This document shows, one piece after another, positions 37,901-49,712 of a DNA stretch of 64,000 nt. Position numbers and translations under genes: made by a program. This DNA is from Scyliorhinus canicula (taxonomy: Eukaryota). The notes beneath the pieces are model-generated. The model was not told where the DNA came from and did not search any database. It saw only the letters and a program-made list of their open reading frames with translations. Each line of letters begins with the position of its first letter. Within the stretch, counting starts at the first letter, position 1. The DNA is taken from the NCBI RefSeq assembly GCF_902713615.1, contig NW_024055458.1:186001-250000 (forward strand), read 5' to 3'.

Positions 37901-40870
37901 CACCCTCACTCATACAGCCTGACTCACACAGCCTGACTCACACAGCCTCACTCACAGACACAGCCTCACTCACACAGCCTCACTCCCACAGCCTCACGCA
38001 CACAGCCTCACTCACACAGCCTCACTCACACAGCCTCACTCACACAGCCTCACTCACACAGCCTCACTCACACAGCCTCACTCACACAGCCTCACTCACA
38101 GCCTCACTCACACAGCCTCACTCACACAGCCTCACTCACAGCCTCACTCACACAGCCTCACTCTCACACCCTCACTCACACACCCTGACTCACACAGCCT
38201 GACTCACACAGCCTGACTCACACAGCCTCACTCACAGACACAGCCTCACTCACACAGCCTCACTCACACAGCCTCACTCACACAGCCTCACTCACACAGC
38301 CTCACTCACACACCCTCACTCACACACCTTCACTCACACAGCCTCACTCACACACCCTCACTCACACAGCCTCACTCACACAGCCTCACTCACACAGCCT
38401 CACGCACACAGCCTCACTCACACAGCCTCACTCACACAGCCTCACTCACACAGCCTCACTCACACAGCCTCACTCACACACTCTCACTCACACACACTCA
38501 CTCACAGACACAGCCTCACTCACACCCCCTCACTCACACAGCCTCACTCACACACCCTCACTCACACACACCCACTCACACAGCCTCACTCACACACCCT
38601 CACTCTCACAGCCTCATTCACACAGCCTCACTCACACAGCCTCACTCACACAGCCTCACTCACACAGCCTCACTCACACAGCCTCACTCACACACAGTCA
38701 CTCACACACCCTCACTCACACACCCTCACTCTCACAACCTCACTCACACACCCTCACTCACACAGCCTCACTCACACACCCTCACTCACACAGCCTCACT
38801 CACATATCCTCACTCACACAGCCTCACTCACACAGCCTCACTCACACAGCCTCACTCACACAGCCTCACTCACACACACTCACTCACACACCCTCACTCA
38901 CACACCCTCACTCTCACAACCTCACTCACACACCCTCACTCACACAGCCTCACTCACACACCCTCACTCACACAGCCTCACTCACACACCCTCACTCACA
39001 CACCCTCACTCTCACAACCTCACTCGCACACCCTCACTCACACAGCCTCACTCACACAGCCTCACTCACACAGCCTCACTCACACAGCCTCACTCACACA
39101 CCCTCACTCACACAGCCTCACTCACACACCCTCACTCACACACCCTCACTCACACACCCTGACTCACACAGCCTCACTCACACAGCCTCACTCACACAGC
39201 CTCACTCACAAAGCGTCTCTCACCCACCATTTCCCATGCGCCTTCACTCACAATCTCGCCCATCCTCATTCACACACCCTCACTCATGTTCCCTCACACA
39301 CACTCACTCAGCCACCCTCACTTACACACACTCATGCACCCACCCTCTTTCACCCACTCTCACTCAACCTCACACCCTCACCCACTCTCATTCACTTACC
39401 TTCACTCACTCACCCTCACTTACTCACACTCACTCACCCTCACACTCACTCTCATTAACTCACTCACCCAACCTCATTCAATTACCCTAATTCTCTAACA
39501 TTCACTCACTCATGCACTCACTCTCATTCACTCACTCACCCTCACTCACCCGCTAACTGTCACGTACACTCCTGGCTCACTCACCCTCACTCACTCACCC
39601 TCACTGAATCACCCTCTCTCATTCAGCCTCACTCATTCACCCTCACTCAATCACCCTCGCTCAATCACCCTCATTCAATCACCCTCACTCAATCACCCTC
39701 ACTCAATCACCCTCACTCAATCACCCTCACTCAATCACCCTCACTCATTCACCCTCACTCATTCACCCTCAGTCATTCACCCTCACTAATGCACTCTCAT
39801 TCATTCACCCTCCCTCACCCTCCCTCACCCTCCCTCACTCAGTCACCTTCACTCTCATGTTCACTGCACACCTTCACTCACAAACTCACCCTCCCAGCCT
39901 CACTCAGCCAGCCTCATTTATTCTCCACCTCTCACTCACTGCCCCTCACCCATCCAGACCCATCCACCCTCAGTGACATACCCTCACCCATTTACCCTCA
40001 CTCCATCAACCACCCATTCTCTCCCACTCATCAACACTCCAACCGTTACTCAGTTACTCACTCACCCATACTTATTCTCCTACCCTCACTCAGTTACTCA
40101 CTCACCCACACTCACTCTCCTACCTTCATTCAGTTACTCACTCACCCACAATCACTCTCCTACCCTCACTCAGTTACTCACTCACCCACACTCACTCTCC
40201 TACCCTCACTCAGTTACCCACTCACCCTCCTACACTCACTCAGTTACTCACTCACCCACACTCACTCTCCTACCCTCACTCAGTTACTCACGCACCTGCA
40301 CTCACTCTCCTACCCTCACTCAGTTACTCACTCACCCGCACTCACTCTCCTACCCTCACTCAGTTACTCACGCACCTGCACTCACTCTCCTACCCTCACT
40401 CAGTTACTCACTCACCCACACTCACTCTCCTACCCTCACTCAGTTACTCACTCACCCGCACTCACTCTCCTACCCTCACTCAGTTACTCACGCACCTGCA
40501 CTCACTCTCCTACCCTCACTCAGTTACCCACTCACCCACACTTACTCCCCTACCCTCAGTCAGTTACCCACTCACCCACAGTCACTCCCCTACCCTCACT
40601 CAGTTACTCACTCACCCACACTCACTCCCCTACCCTCACTCAGTTACTCACTCACCCGCACTCACTCTCCTATCTTCATTCAGTTACTCACTCACGCGCA
40701 CTAACTCTCCCACCCTCACTCAGTTACTCACTCACTCTCCTACCCTCACTCAGTTACTCACTCACCCGCACTCACTCTCCTACCCTCACTCACTCACCCA
40801 CACTCACTCTCCTACCCTCACTCACTCACCCACACTCATTCTCCTACCCTCCTCACCTACTCACACATCC
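34942..40870. repeat. CA-rich minisatellite complex in the J-C intron: 14-bp CTCACTCACACAGC blocks (34942-36430, 37535-39210), degenerate spacers, 13-bp block (~39640-39790), 40-bp block (~40060-40800)
   Basis: Directly visible periodicity; + strand almost G-free. Confidence 0.97.
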
Positions 40871-40992
40871 TCTCTCACTGATGCTCAGGAAATGGGCACG
40901 GGAGCGTCTGCAACGGGGGAGGAATGGAGAACTGGAGCGAAACTGACTACGAGTGGCTACCGAATGTGGCTGCATAACACGGGATTGCCCCA

Positions 40993-41160
40993 AGCCGGAG
41001 GAAAGTGCAGAGAGCCGGGGGAAGGAGCAGAGAGCCGGGGGAAGGCGCAGAGAGCCGGGGGAAGGCGCAGAGAGCCGGGGGAAGGGGCAGAGAGCCGGGG
41101 GAAGGGGCAGAGAGATGTGGAAGGCGCAGAGAGCCGGTGGAGTAGCAGAGAGCCGGAGGA
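40993..41160 (+). repeat. G-rich 20-bp tandem repeat GAAGG(C/G)GCAGAGAGCCGGGG, ~8 copies
   Basis: Units at 41001, 41021, 41041, 41061, 41081 and 41101, followed by degenerate copies. Confidence 0.92.
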
Positions 41161-41673
41161 AAATCCATGGAGTGGGTCATAAGCGATAAGAATCGGGGTA
41201 AAGCGAACCGTGCTGGTGAAAAGCTCAGAAAGCCCGCACAAAGTGCCAGGAACCGGGAAAAGCACAATGAACTGGAAAAAGTGCAGCACACATGGGCAAA
41301 ACACAAAGAGCAGGATGACAATGCCGAGTCGAGAGAAAGTGCAGAGATGCGGAGGAAAGCGCAGAGCGCCATGAAAAAGAGCAGAGAGCTGAAAGAAAGT
41401 GAAGGGACCAGGAGAAAGGTACAGAAATCCAGCGGGAACCGCGGAGAGACGGGGGAACGCGGGGCGGGGTGCGGGAGGATTGCAGACAGCCCGGTCTCAG
41501 TGACAGGCGGAATGTGAAACTGCACAATCAACACAGGCAGGAGCTTATTGAATGGGGAGGAGACTCGACAGACCGAACGGCCGACTCCTGCTGTTAATGT
41601 GCAGGATCCTAAAATTAGAGACTGTTGCAATTACTCAAATGTAGAGTTTTATTGTAATTATATAAATGTGCAT

Positions 41674-42091
41674 TCAGTTAGCTGGATTGTGACGTTCACA
41701 GCTCAGTTAGCTGGATTGTGACGTACACAGCTCAGTTAGCTGGATTGTGACGTACACAGCTCAGTTAGCTGGATTGTGACGTACACAGCGCAGTCAACTG
41801 GATTGTGACGTACACAGCTCAGTCAGCTGGATTGTGACGTACACAACTCAGTCAGCTGGATTGTGACGTACACAACTCAGTCAGCTGGATTGTGACGTTC
41901 ACAGCTCAGTCAGCTGGACTGTGACGTACACAGCTCAGTTAGCTGGATTGTGACGTACACAGCTCAGTTAGCTGGATTGTGACATACACAGCTCAGTTTG
42001 CTGGATTGTGACGTACACAGCTCAGTTTGCTGGATTGTGACGTACACAGCTCAGTGAGCTGCATTGTGACGTACACCGCTCAGTCAGCTGG
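41674..42091 (+). repeat. 29-bp tandem repeat TCAGTTAGCTGGATTGTGACGTACACAGC, 14 copies plus a partial
   Basis: Exact 29-bp period from 41674 to 42080. Confidence 0.97.
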
Positions 42092-42265
42092 GCGGCTGGT
42101 TCGTGATGAAGATCAATCCCAGCAGCGCGGGTTCAATTGCTGCACCGGCTGAGGTTATTGATAAAGACTCCCATTCTCTACCTTTGCCCTGGCCTGAGGT
42201 GTGGTGACCCTCAGGTTAAATCACCACCAGTCAGCTCTCAAAAGGAGAGGGCAGTCTCCGGGTCT
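42080..42265 (+). mobile_element. tRNA-derived SINE (second family), diverged
   Basis: GCTCAGTCAGCTGG...GGTTCAATT...CCTGAGGTGTGGTGACCCTCAGGTTAAATCACC; relatives at 62160-62370 (+) and 56770-56860 (-). Confidence 0.75.
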
Positions 42266-42603
42266 ATGGGACATTACATTTTGTTTTACATGATGGCTGA
42301 CATAATGGGGAAAATGATCCGCTCTTCGCTTTCGCTTTCAATCCAATGCAAATTACATCATTCAGATTACATCAAAATGTTGTTTGTATGTGATAGAGAC
42401 GGAGAAAGATGTGAGTTTCTAATGAGGGGCAAACAGGTGTTGGTTCTCAAATGATAGAACTAATAGAAGCTGAAATGTGGATGTAGCATTTGTTAGGAAA
42501 ATGTTGGAATAAACACATAGTTCTCGTCAAATTTTGAAATATTTGGTTACTGAATAAATACAATCCCAGAGTCTAACTTGTTGAATGGGCCATTCTCTCC
42601 CAG

Positions 42604-42903
42604 CGACACCGTCTCCGCCCACTCTCTACAGCCTGGTCTCCTCCTGCCAGCAACACAACACCGACGGCTCCGTGACCTTCGGCTGTTTGGCGATGGACTA
42701 CTCCCCAGAAATCACCAGCCTTACCTGGAAGAAAGATGGGCAGCTGATCGCCACTGGAGTTAAGAAATACCCGTCAGTGAGAAACAAGAAGGGAACCTAC
42801 ACCCTGAGCAGCCAGTTAACCATCACCGAGTCAGAGGGGGAATGCAGCAAAATCAGCTGTGAGGTTCGACACAGCGGCTCAGCCAAGAGCATTGGAATGA
42901 CAT
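42604..42903 (+). CDS. IGHM: IgM Cmu1 exon ([15 protein letters not shown]...[17 protein letters not shown]...[15 protein letters not shown])
   Basis: C1-set Ig domain with C...W...C spacing and shark Cmu1-like sequence; CAG acceptor 42601-42603, donor GTAAG 42904; 300 bp, phase 1-1. Confidence 0.96.
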
Positions 42904-43110
42904 GTAAGTGTTGTGGAATCTGTGAGAATCAGAAACCTATGATTATCTTGTATAGGGTCTTGGATATAACTAATTTTAATACTCTGCATATTTCTGATCC
43001 CTGGAAAATCAAGCTTTGTGTCTATTGACCACAAACATGTTTTAAAGCATATGAACTCATTTTTTTCATCAATTTCTTCCGCAAGAAATATCTAATTGTG
43101 TTTCTTGAAG

Positions 43111-43419
43111 GTCCCAGAATTTATGCTCCAAATGTTCTCCTCACCGTGAGTTCCAGTGAAGAAATCACAAGACAGAAATTTGCAACCGTCGTCTGTTCAA
43201 TTAACGATTTCCAGCCAAATTCAATCACGGTGAAGTGGCTGAAGAATGGACAACCCATGGGGTCAGGAATTGTCACCTCTCCCGCCTGTGAAGTGAACGG
43301 GAACTTCTCAGCGAGCAGTCGGCTGACACTCTCCGCTGGGGAATGGTTCAGCAGAGCGGTCTATACCTGCCAGGTCACTCATCAAGAGGTCACCCAAAGT
43401 TACAACATCACCGCGTCTG
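43111..43419 (+). CDS. IGHM: IgM Cmu2 exon
   Basis: [23 protein letters not shown]...YTCQVTH; acceptor TTGAAG ends 43110, donor GTAAG 43420; 309 bp. Confidence 0.95.
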
Positions 43420-44041
43420 GTAAGAGACACAAACAGAGGAAAGAATAAATCACCCTGCATTCTGATGTTAATCCAAATCAAGAATTTACTGCAGTTAGTA
43501 CAAAGCACAGAATAACTTCTAATTTACTGCCATGTAGTTTGTGTTTCATTCTGATGGAAAAGCTGCATTAGGATTGCTCACCATTCAGGATTTGATCAGT
43601 ATAGAAATACATGTTTCGCTCTAATTTGAAGTCATTTAGTGAGTGAGGTGGCCTTGATATCAGCTTTATCCTGAGACCGCTGCTTATATTTAAGAGTCAG
43701 TGGGTGTCTGAAACACTTTACTGATAACAGCTCCGGGACCAAAGTGTTGGAAAGTTCAATCCAATCTATTTATAAATAAGCCCTCAGTACTTCGTTCCTG
43801 AGATCAGCACTTGAGTATTTGTATTGGGAATGCTGCAATACTGATTCGTTAGAATGGCATCGGGGCTGACTGTATTTCATAATGAGAAGAGTTTACACTG
43901 ACCAAACGTGTATAGAAGATTAATGGCGATTATTAGAAGTCTCGAAGTTGATTCATTCCCATTGAGTGAGTGAAGGCTGAATCCTGCTGTCCTGATTCTG
44001 AAGATGAAACTTGGGTTGATTTCCACTTTTTTCATTCACAG

Positions 44042-44350
44042 ATCCTTCCGTTTGCACTGTTGCCTCAGTAACAATACTGCCACCACCAATAGAACAGGTC
44101 TTGCTGGAGGCGACTGTAACCTTAACCTGCGTCATTTCGAATGCTCCTTATGGAGTCAACGTGTCCTGGAGTGAAGCGAAGAAGCCGCTGAAATCAGAGA
44201 TTGCCGACCAGCCTGGGGCAGATACTGAGAGCGTGGTCAGCAAATTAAATATCTCGACACAAGCCTGGCTGAGTGGGGCTGTGTTTGACTGTGTGGCGAG
44301 CCATCAGGACCTGCCAACTCCTTTAAGAATTTCAATACACAAAAAAATAG
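44042..44350 (+). CDS. IGHM: IgM Cmu3 exon
   Basis: [18 protein letters not shown]...[13 protein letters not shown]; acceptor CACAG ends 44041, donor GTGAG 44351; 309 bp. Confidence 0.95.
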
Positions 44351-44569
44351 GTGAGCGGTGAGACTGAAGCAATAAGTGAGTCATTGTGTCTATTTCTAGT
44401 GTCAGTGCAGCGGTCAGTATTTAGCATTCAGTGTATTTATGGTCCATTCTGATTGGTAATTCCACTAACTAAATACTCTGGGCCCTCAGAGTTTAAGGGG
44501 GAAATTGATATATAGATGAATGAACAATGAATTAAACTCAGTGATATTGGGTTTAGACGGAGCGCGACC

Positions 44570-45740
44570 ATAGACCACAAGATTTAGGAGCAGATGTAGG
44601 CCATTGGGCCCATCAACAGCGGCCCAGCCTTCAGTGAGGTCATGCCTGATCTGCTGTGATAATCTTCAACTCCTCTTTCCCACCTTATCCCCATATCTCT
44701 TGACGCTTTTACTAATTGAAAATGTTTCTCTCTCAACCTTGAACATACCGATCGACCCAGAATCTCCAGCCCCCTGGGTTAAATAATTCCACAGCTTCAC
44801 TACCCTCTGAGAGAGGAAATTCCTTCTCATCTCGGTCTGAAATGGGCGAACTCACTTTGCGACCATGCACGCTGCTCCTAGACGCTCCTACAAGGGAAAA
44901 CAATCTGTCAGCGTCTATCCTAAGAAGCTCCCGGAGAATATTTCATGTCTCGATTAGGCCGCCTTCATTCTTCTAAACTCCAATATGTACAACCCAAAAT
45001 ACTTAACCTCTCCCCATAAGAAAATCCCTCCATACTCGGGATCAACCTCGTGATCCTTCTCTGGACTGCCTTCAAAACCAATCTGTCTTCCTCAGATAAG
45101 GGCAACAAAACTATTCAAAGTGTATCAGGTGTAGACTAACTAATGCCTTGTATAGTTTTAGCCAGACTTCCCCATGTTTATATTCTATTCCCTTTGAAAT
45201 AAATGTCAACATTCAATTTGTCTCCATATTACCTGCAGAATTTGCTTTTTTGTGGTTTCTGCACGAGGACCCCCAATTCCCCCGTTACCTCAGCTTTCTG
45301 CAGTCTTTCTCCAGCTAAATAATATTCCGTTATGTTCCTCCTCCTCCCAAAGTGTCTAACCTCACATTTTCCAACATTGTGTCCCATCTGCCAAGTTTTA
45401 ACTCAGTGACTGAAGCTGTCTCTGTCCCTCTGTGGATTTTCTGTAACCTCACCACTTGCCTTTCTATTTTTGTCATCTGCAGCTGTGTGAATAGTGCATT
45501 CATTTATTAAACACAGTTTTGAAATTCATGTATATTACATCTACTGGTCCCCCTCTCTCTCGCCTTCTCCTTATCACCTCAAACAATTGCAATAAATTTG
45601 TCAGGCATGATTTACCCTTCACGAAGCTGTGCAGACCCTGCTTGATTATACTCTGTATGTCTAAATGCTCAGCTACTGAGGTCCCTGGCCTATAGTTACC
45701 TGTTTTTGTCTCCCTCCCTTTTGAATAAGGGTGTTACATT
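44570..45740 (-). mobile_element. Degraded CR1 3' portion in the Cmu3-Cmu4 intron
   Basis: GGCCATTGGGCCCATC tail, CTTCATTCTTCTAAACTCC, CCTCACATTTTCC. Confidence 0.8.
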
Positions 45741-46052
45741 GGCAGTTTCCCAATCCTCTTGAGGTCGGGGGAGTTTGATGTGGAGTTTATACACCAGCAC
45801 AGAACAGTTGGGCCGAATGGCCTGTTTCCCTGCTGTACATTTTCCGAAACTTTCGAATCCAATATCCGTAAATTCTCAGGGAAAAGGATTGTGTCCACCT
45901 CTGCTCCGAGCTGGGAACCCGGACAAATCCCAAAGTGGAAAATGGAAACCTTTAAAATCCAACACAAAACACATTTCTCTCACATCTAACCCGCGGTTCC
46001 ATTGTCTCCGGAATTCCCCATTTTATTGACATTTATTGTACATTTTCTGCAG

Positions 46053-46444
46053 ATCCCAATCCACGGGAACCGTCCGTCTCTGTCCTCCTGCCCTCGGCTG
46101 AAGACGTCTCCGCTCAGAGATTCGTCTCCCTCAGCTGCTTAGTGAGAGGTTTCTCCCCCCGAGAGATCTTCGTCAAGTGGACCGTCAATGACAAGCCGGT
46201 GAATCCCGGGAACTACAAGAACACCGAGGTGATGGCGGAGAACGGCAATAGCTCCTTCTTCATGTACAGCCTGTTATCCATTGCAGCGGAGGAGTGGGCC
46301 AGCGGCGCTTCTTACTCCTGTGTGGTGGGACATGAAGCCATCCCCTTGAAGATCATCAACAGAACGGTTGATAAATCCAGCGGTAAACCCAGTTTTGTGA
46401 ACATTTCCCTCGCTCTGATGGACACCGTTAATTCATGTCAATGA
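46053..46444 (+). CDS. IGHM: IgM Cmu4 exon plus secretory tailpiece ([20 protein letters not shown])
   Basis: [18 protein letters not shown]...YSCVVGHEA; acceptor TGCAG ends 46052; internal donor G|GTAAAC at 46383 for the membrane form; tailpiece has an N-glycan site and penultimate Cys; stop 46442-46444. Confidence 0.97.
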
Positions 46445-46471
46445 GAATCTATTGGTTATATTTCGAACTAA

Positions 46472-46486
46472 AATAAAAATAATAAA
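46472..46486 (+). terminator. Secretory-form polyadenylation signals
   Basis: AATAAA at 46472-46477 and 46481-46486, 28-37 bp after the secretory stop. Confidence 0.85.
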
Positions 46487-46899
46487 GGTTTTTTCCTCCA
46501 ATTGTGATTTAAATACACAGCCGCATAATTAATGGCGCTTCCACTTTGCTGATATTAGATCTGTTCAATGAGACCCGGGTTTCTACAGGTCTAGGCCCCA
46601 AGTCTGATACAACCAGAGCTCCCAGCTCAGATACACCCTGGGTTAGAGACAGAGTAAATCTCATTCATTCCAGGATTCAGCAAAATATCTTCATTGGCTT
46701 TCCTCCCACTGAGGAGAAATCATTTCAGACAAACAAACCCATCACATTTAGATCTCGGTGTTCCTGCTTCTCTCATTGTCCATCCCTTTAAAATTAATGT
46801 CAGCTTTAAGTTGCGGCATCACACCCACTGGGAACTGAATTGAGGGTCACACAGAAACATGGACTAACAATCCCCCGTCAAAGAGAGGGGAAAGTGAAA

Positions 46900-47650
46900 T
46901 TGTTAATCTACTGTACCCCTACCTCACCAACAGAGAGAGTGGGAGGGGTATTAGTTATTCCACTGTCTCCCCACCCACCCACCTCCCCCACAGAGAGAGG
47001 GGGAAGGGCATTAGTTAACCACTGTATCCCCACTTCCCCAACAGAGAGAGGGGGAGGGGCATTAGTTAATCCACTGTACCCCCACTTCCCCAACAGAGAG
47101 GGGGAGGGGCATTAGTTAATCCACTGTACCCCCACTTCCCCAATAGAGGGAGGGGGAGGGTGTTTAGTTAATTCACTGTACCCCCACTTCCCCAACAGAG
47201 AGAGTGGGTGGGGCTTTAGTTAATCTACTGTACCCCCACTTCACCAACAAAGAGAGGGGGAGGGACATTAGTTAATCCACTGTACCCCACTTCACCAACA
47301 GAGAGAGTGGGAGGGGCTTTAGTTAATCCACTGTACCCCCACTTCACCAACAAAGAGAGGGGCATTAGTTAATCCATTGTCTCCCCACGTCCCCAACAAA
47401 GAGAGGGGTTGGGGCATTACTTAACACACTGTACCCCCCACTTCCCCAGCAAAGCGAGGGGAGGAGCATTAGTTAACACACTGTGCCCCCACTTCCCCAA
47501 CAAAGAGACAGTGGGGGGCTGAGTTAATCCACTGGACACCCGCTTCCAACAATGAGTGGAAGGACATTATTTAATCCACTGCCTCCCCACTTCCCCAACA
47601 AAGAGAGCAAAGGGGCAATATTAACCCGTTTTACCTCCACTTTCCCAACC
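46900..47650. repeat. ~50-53-bp tandem repeat, ~14 copies (TTAGTTAATCCACTGTACCCCCACTTCCCCAACAGAGAGAGGGGGAGGGGCA)
   Basis: TTAGTTAAT recurs at 47062, 47112, 47164, 47216, 47268 and 47319. Confidence 0.9.
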
Positions 47651-47669
47651 ACAAGAGGAGGAAGGTGAT

Positions 47670-47901
47670 TTTAATATGATTTTTTTTTTTTAAATTTAGA
47701 GTACCCAATTATTTTTTCCAATTAAGGGGCAATTTAGAGTGTTCAATCTACCTATGCTGCACATCTTTGGGTTGTGGGGGTGAAACCCACGCAGACACGG
47801 GGAGAATGTGCAAACTCCACACGGACAGTGACCCAGGGCCGGGATTCGAACCCGGGTCCTCAGCGCCGTAGGCAGCAATGCTAACCACTGTGCCACCGTG
47901 C
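47670..47901 (-). mobile_element. V-SINE, A-tailed subfamily
   Basis: Perfect 16-bp TSD AGAGGAGGAAGGTGAT (47654-47669/47902-47917); T-run tail. Confidence 0.9.
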
Positions 47902-48379
47902 AGAGGAGGAAGGTGATGAGTGAACTCTCTGTATCTCCACCTCCAGCAGGGAGAACCCAAAGGCAATTTGCTGAGCTGACCAGAGAGAGGAAGATTATTA
48001 ATTCAATATCTTCCCAGTCCCCAAGCAGGGAGTTTGGAAGTAAACGGTTGTCTGGACTAAGAACTCAGTTACTGACATTACAAGACGCCATGTAGTTTAC
48101 AGGCTGATACATATTAAAGATGTTCTTAAAATATCTATTTATGCAACATAATTCTTTTAGCACCCTTGTTCCTCTTATCCGTATGCTGAGACCGATTCCC
48201 CATAATCCAAATCCAGACTGGTGATTGAATTCTCTCTGGGTTTTCACTGTTCTCTCCTGAGGCACCTCCTTGTATTTTTGCATTAGGTCACCTGATGTCA
48301 GCTTGCAACTCACGGAAAACACATTTATATGCAGAAAGTTCAACATATTCTACATCGGTATCAATAATACCCACAACTG

Positions 48380-49700
48380 GCAAAGCTACAGACAGCTGAT
48401 ACAAATACACAGACAGATAAATAGACACAGACACTACACATTCATGCACACAGACCCAGAAACACACACACGCTCACAAGTAGACACAAACACACACATA
48501 GACACACACATAGAAACACATGCACAAACATACACCCAGGCACAACGGACCACACATATTTTGACACAAAAACACACGCACAAAAATTCACAAGCATGCA
48601 CATAAACACAAAAAGCACATGTTTAGAAACACACAGACTCACGTGCGCATCCACACACAAACACAATTCCACACACACAAGTGGGTACACGCATGTATAC
48701 AGACATATACAACCACATGTCCACACAGATACACAGATATATACAACCAGACAAGCAGGCTGACAGAAGAATATGAAACAGAAATGTAACCAATAACATG
48801 TAAATTAGCAGAATTTCACGATGACAGAAATATTTCCATTCAAACAGAGACAATAATCCACACTAACGGACACACGTAGATACATATTAGCTGACTCGTA
48901 CACACGCTAACACGAACACATATGAATACACATAGAGTCATCAACACACATCAATAGATAGTTATAATCAAACATCAACGCATAAATAGCACCACTGACT
49001 CACAGCGCCATAATCCCGGGTTCAATTCCAGCCTTGGGTGATTGTCTGTGTGGAGTTCCCACGTTCTGCCGGGTCTGTTCCTGTTTCCTCCGCGTGCTCC
49101 AGTTTCCTCCCACAGTCCAAAGATGTGCAGGTTCGGTGGATTGGCCAGGCTACATTACCCCTTAGTGCCCACAACGTTAGTTGGGATTACGGGGTTCTCG
49201 GCAAAGGGCAGGGGCATGCGTCCAGGCAGAGTGCTCTTTCGGAGGGTCGGTGCAGACACAATGGGCCGAATGGCCTCGTTCGGCACAGTAGGGATTATAT
49301 TTAATGATGATTATATGAAGAAATACACGCATCAACAAACACACACACACAAACGCACTTATCCAGACACAAACATTAAGACACTGACATGCATGTTGAA
49401 CGTATAAAGACACATTAACACTTTCATTACTGGACAGGGAAGTATGAACTTATATTGACACAGGCATTAATATATAAACATAGACTTCAACACACAAACA
49501 CACACAATAAAACACTCATATGTACACATTAACAGAAGATAAACAAAGTTCACACAGGCGCTGACACACAAATACACAGATCAATACTCATTGACACATG
49601 AACACTCACAATGGCACTTATAAAGACATCGGGACACAAAAGAAGAGTAACGAAACACGTATTTCGCATCCACACAGACACAAAAGATGAAGAACAAACA
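48380..49700. repeat. Degenerate (CA)/(ACAG) low-complexity tract containing a V-SINE at ~48985-49300
   Basis: AC-rich composition; V-domain and B box in the internal SINE. Confidence 0.75.
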
Positions 49701-49712
49701 CAAACGTCAGGC

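Noticed and set aside
34845-40946. Long His/Ser/Thr/Leu-rich ORFs (545, 385, 243 aa)
   Set aside because: They are translations of the stop-poor CA-rich minisatellite inside the J-C intron; no coding features.
40892-41630. ORFs of 96-227 aa in the purine-rich intron segment
   Set aside because: Low-complexity products of strand-skewed repeats, overlapping on both strands, with no domain motifs.
41674-42091. CRISPR-like look of the 29-bp array (and of the 80- and 131-bp arrays)
   Set aside because: Units are head-to-tail with no unique spacers, the DNA is vertebrate, and no cas genes are present.
42838-42846. Extra cysteine in Cmu1 (EGECSK) plus a Cys at the Cmu1/Cmu2 junction
   Set aside because: I recall similar cysteines in other carcharhiniform IgM sequences, so it is probably lineage-typical rather than novel; not verified.
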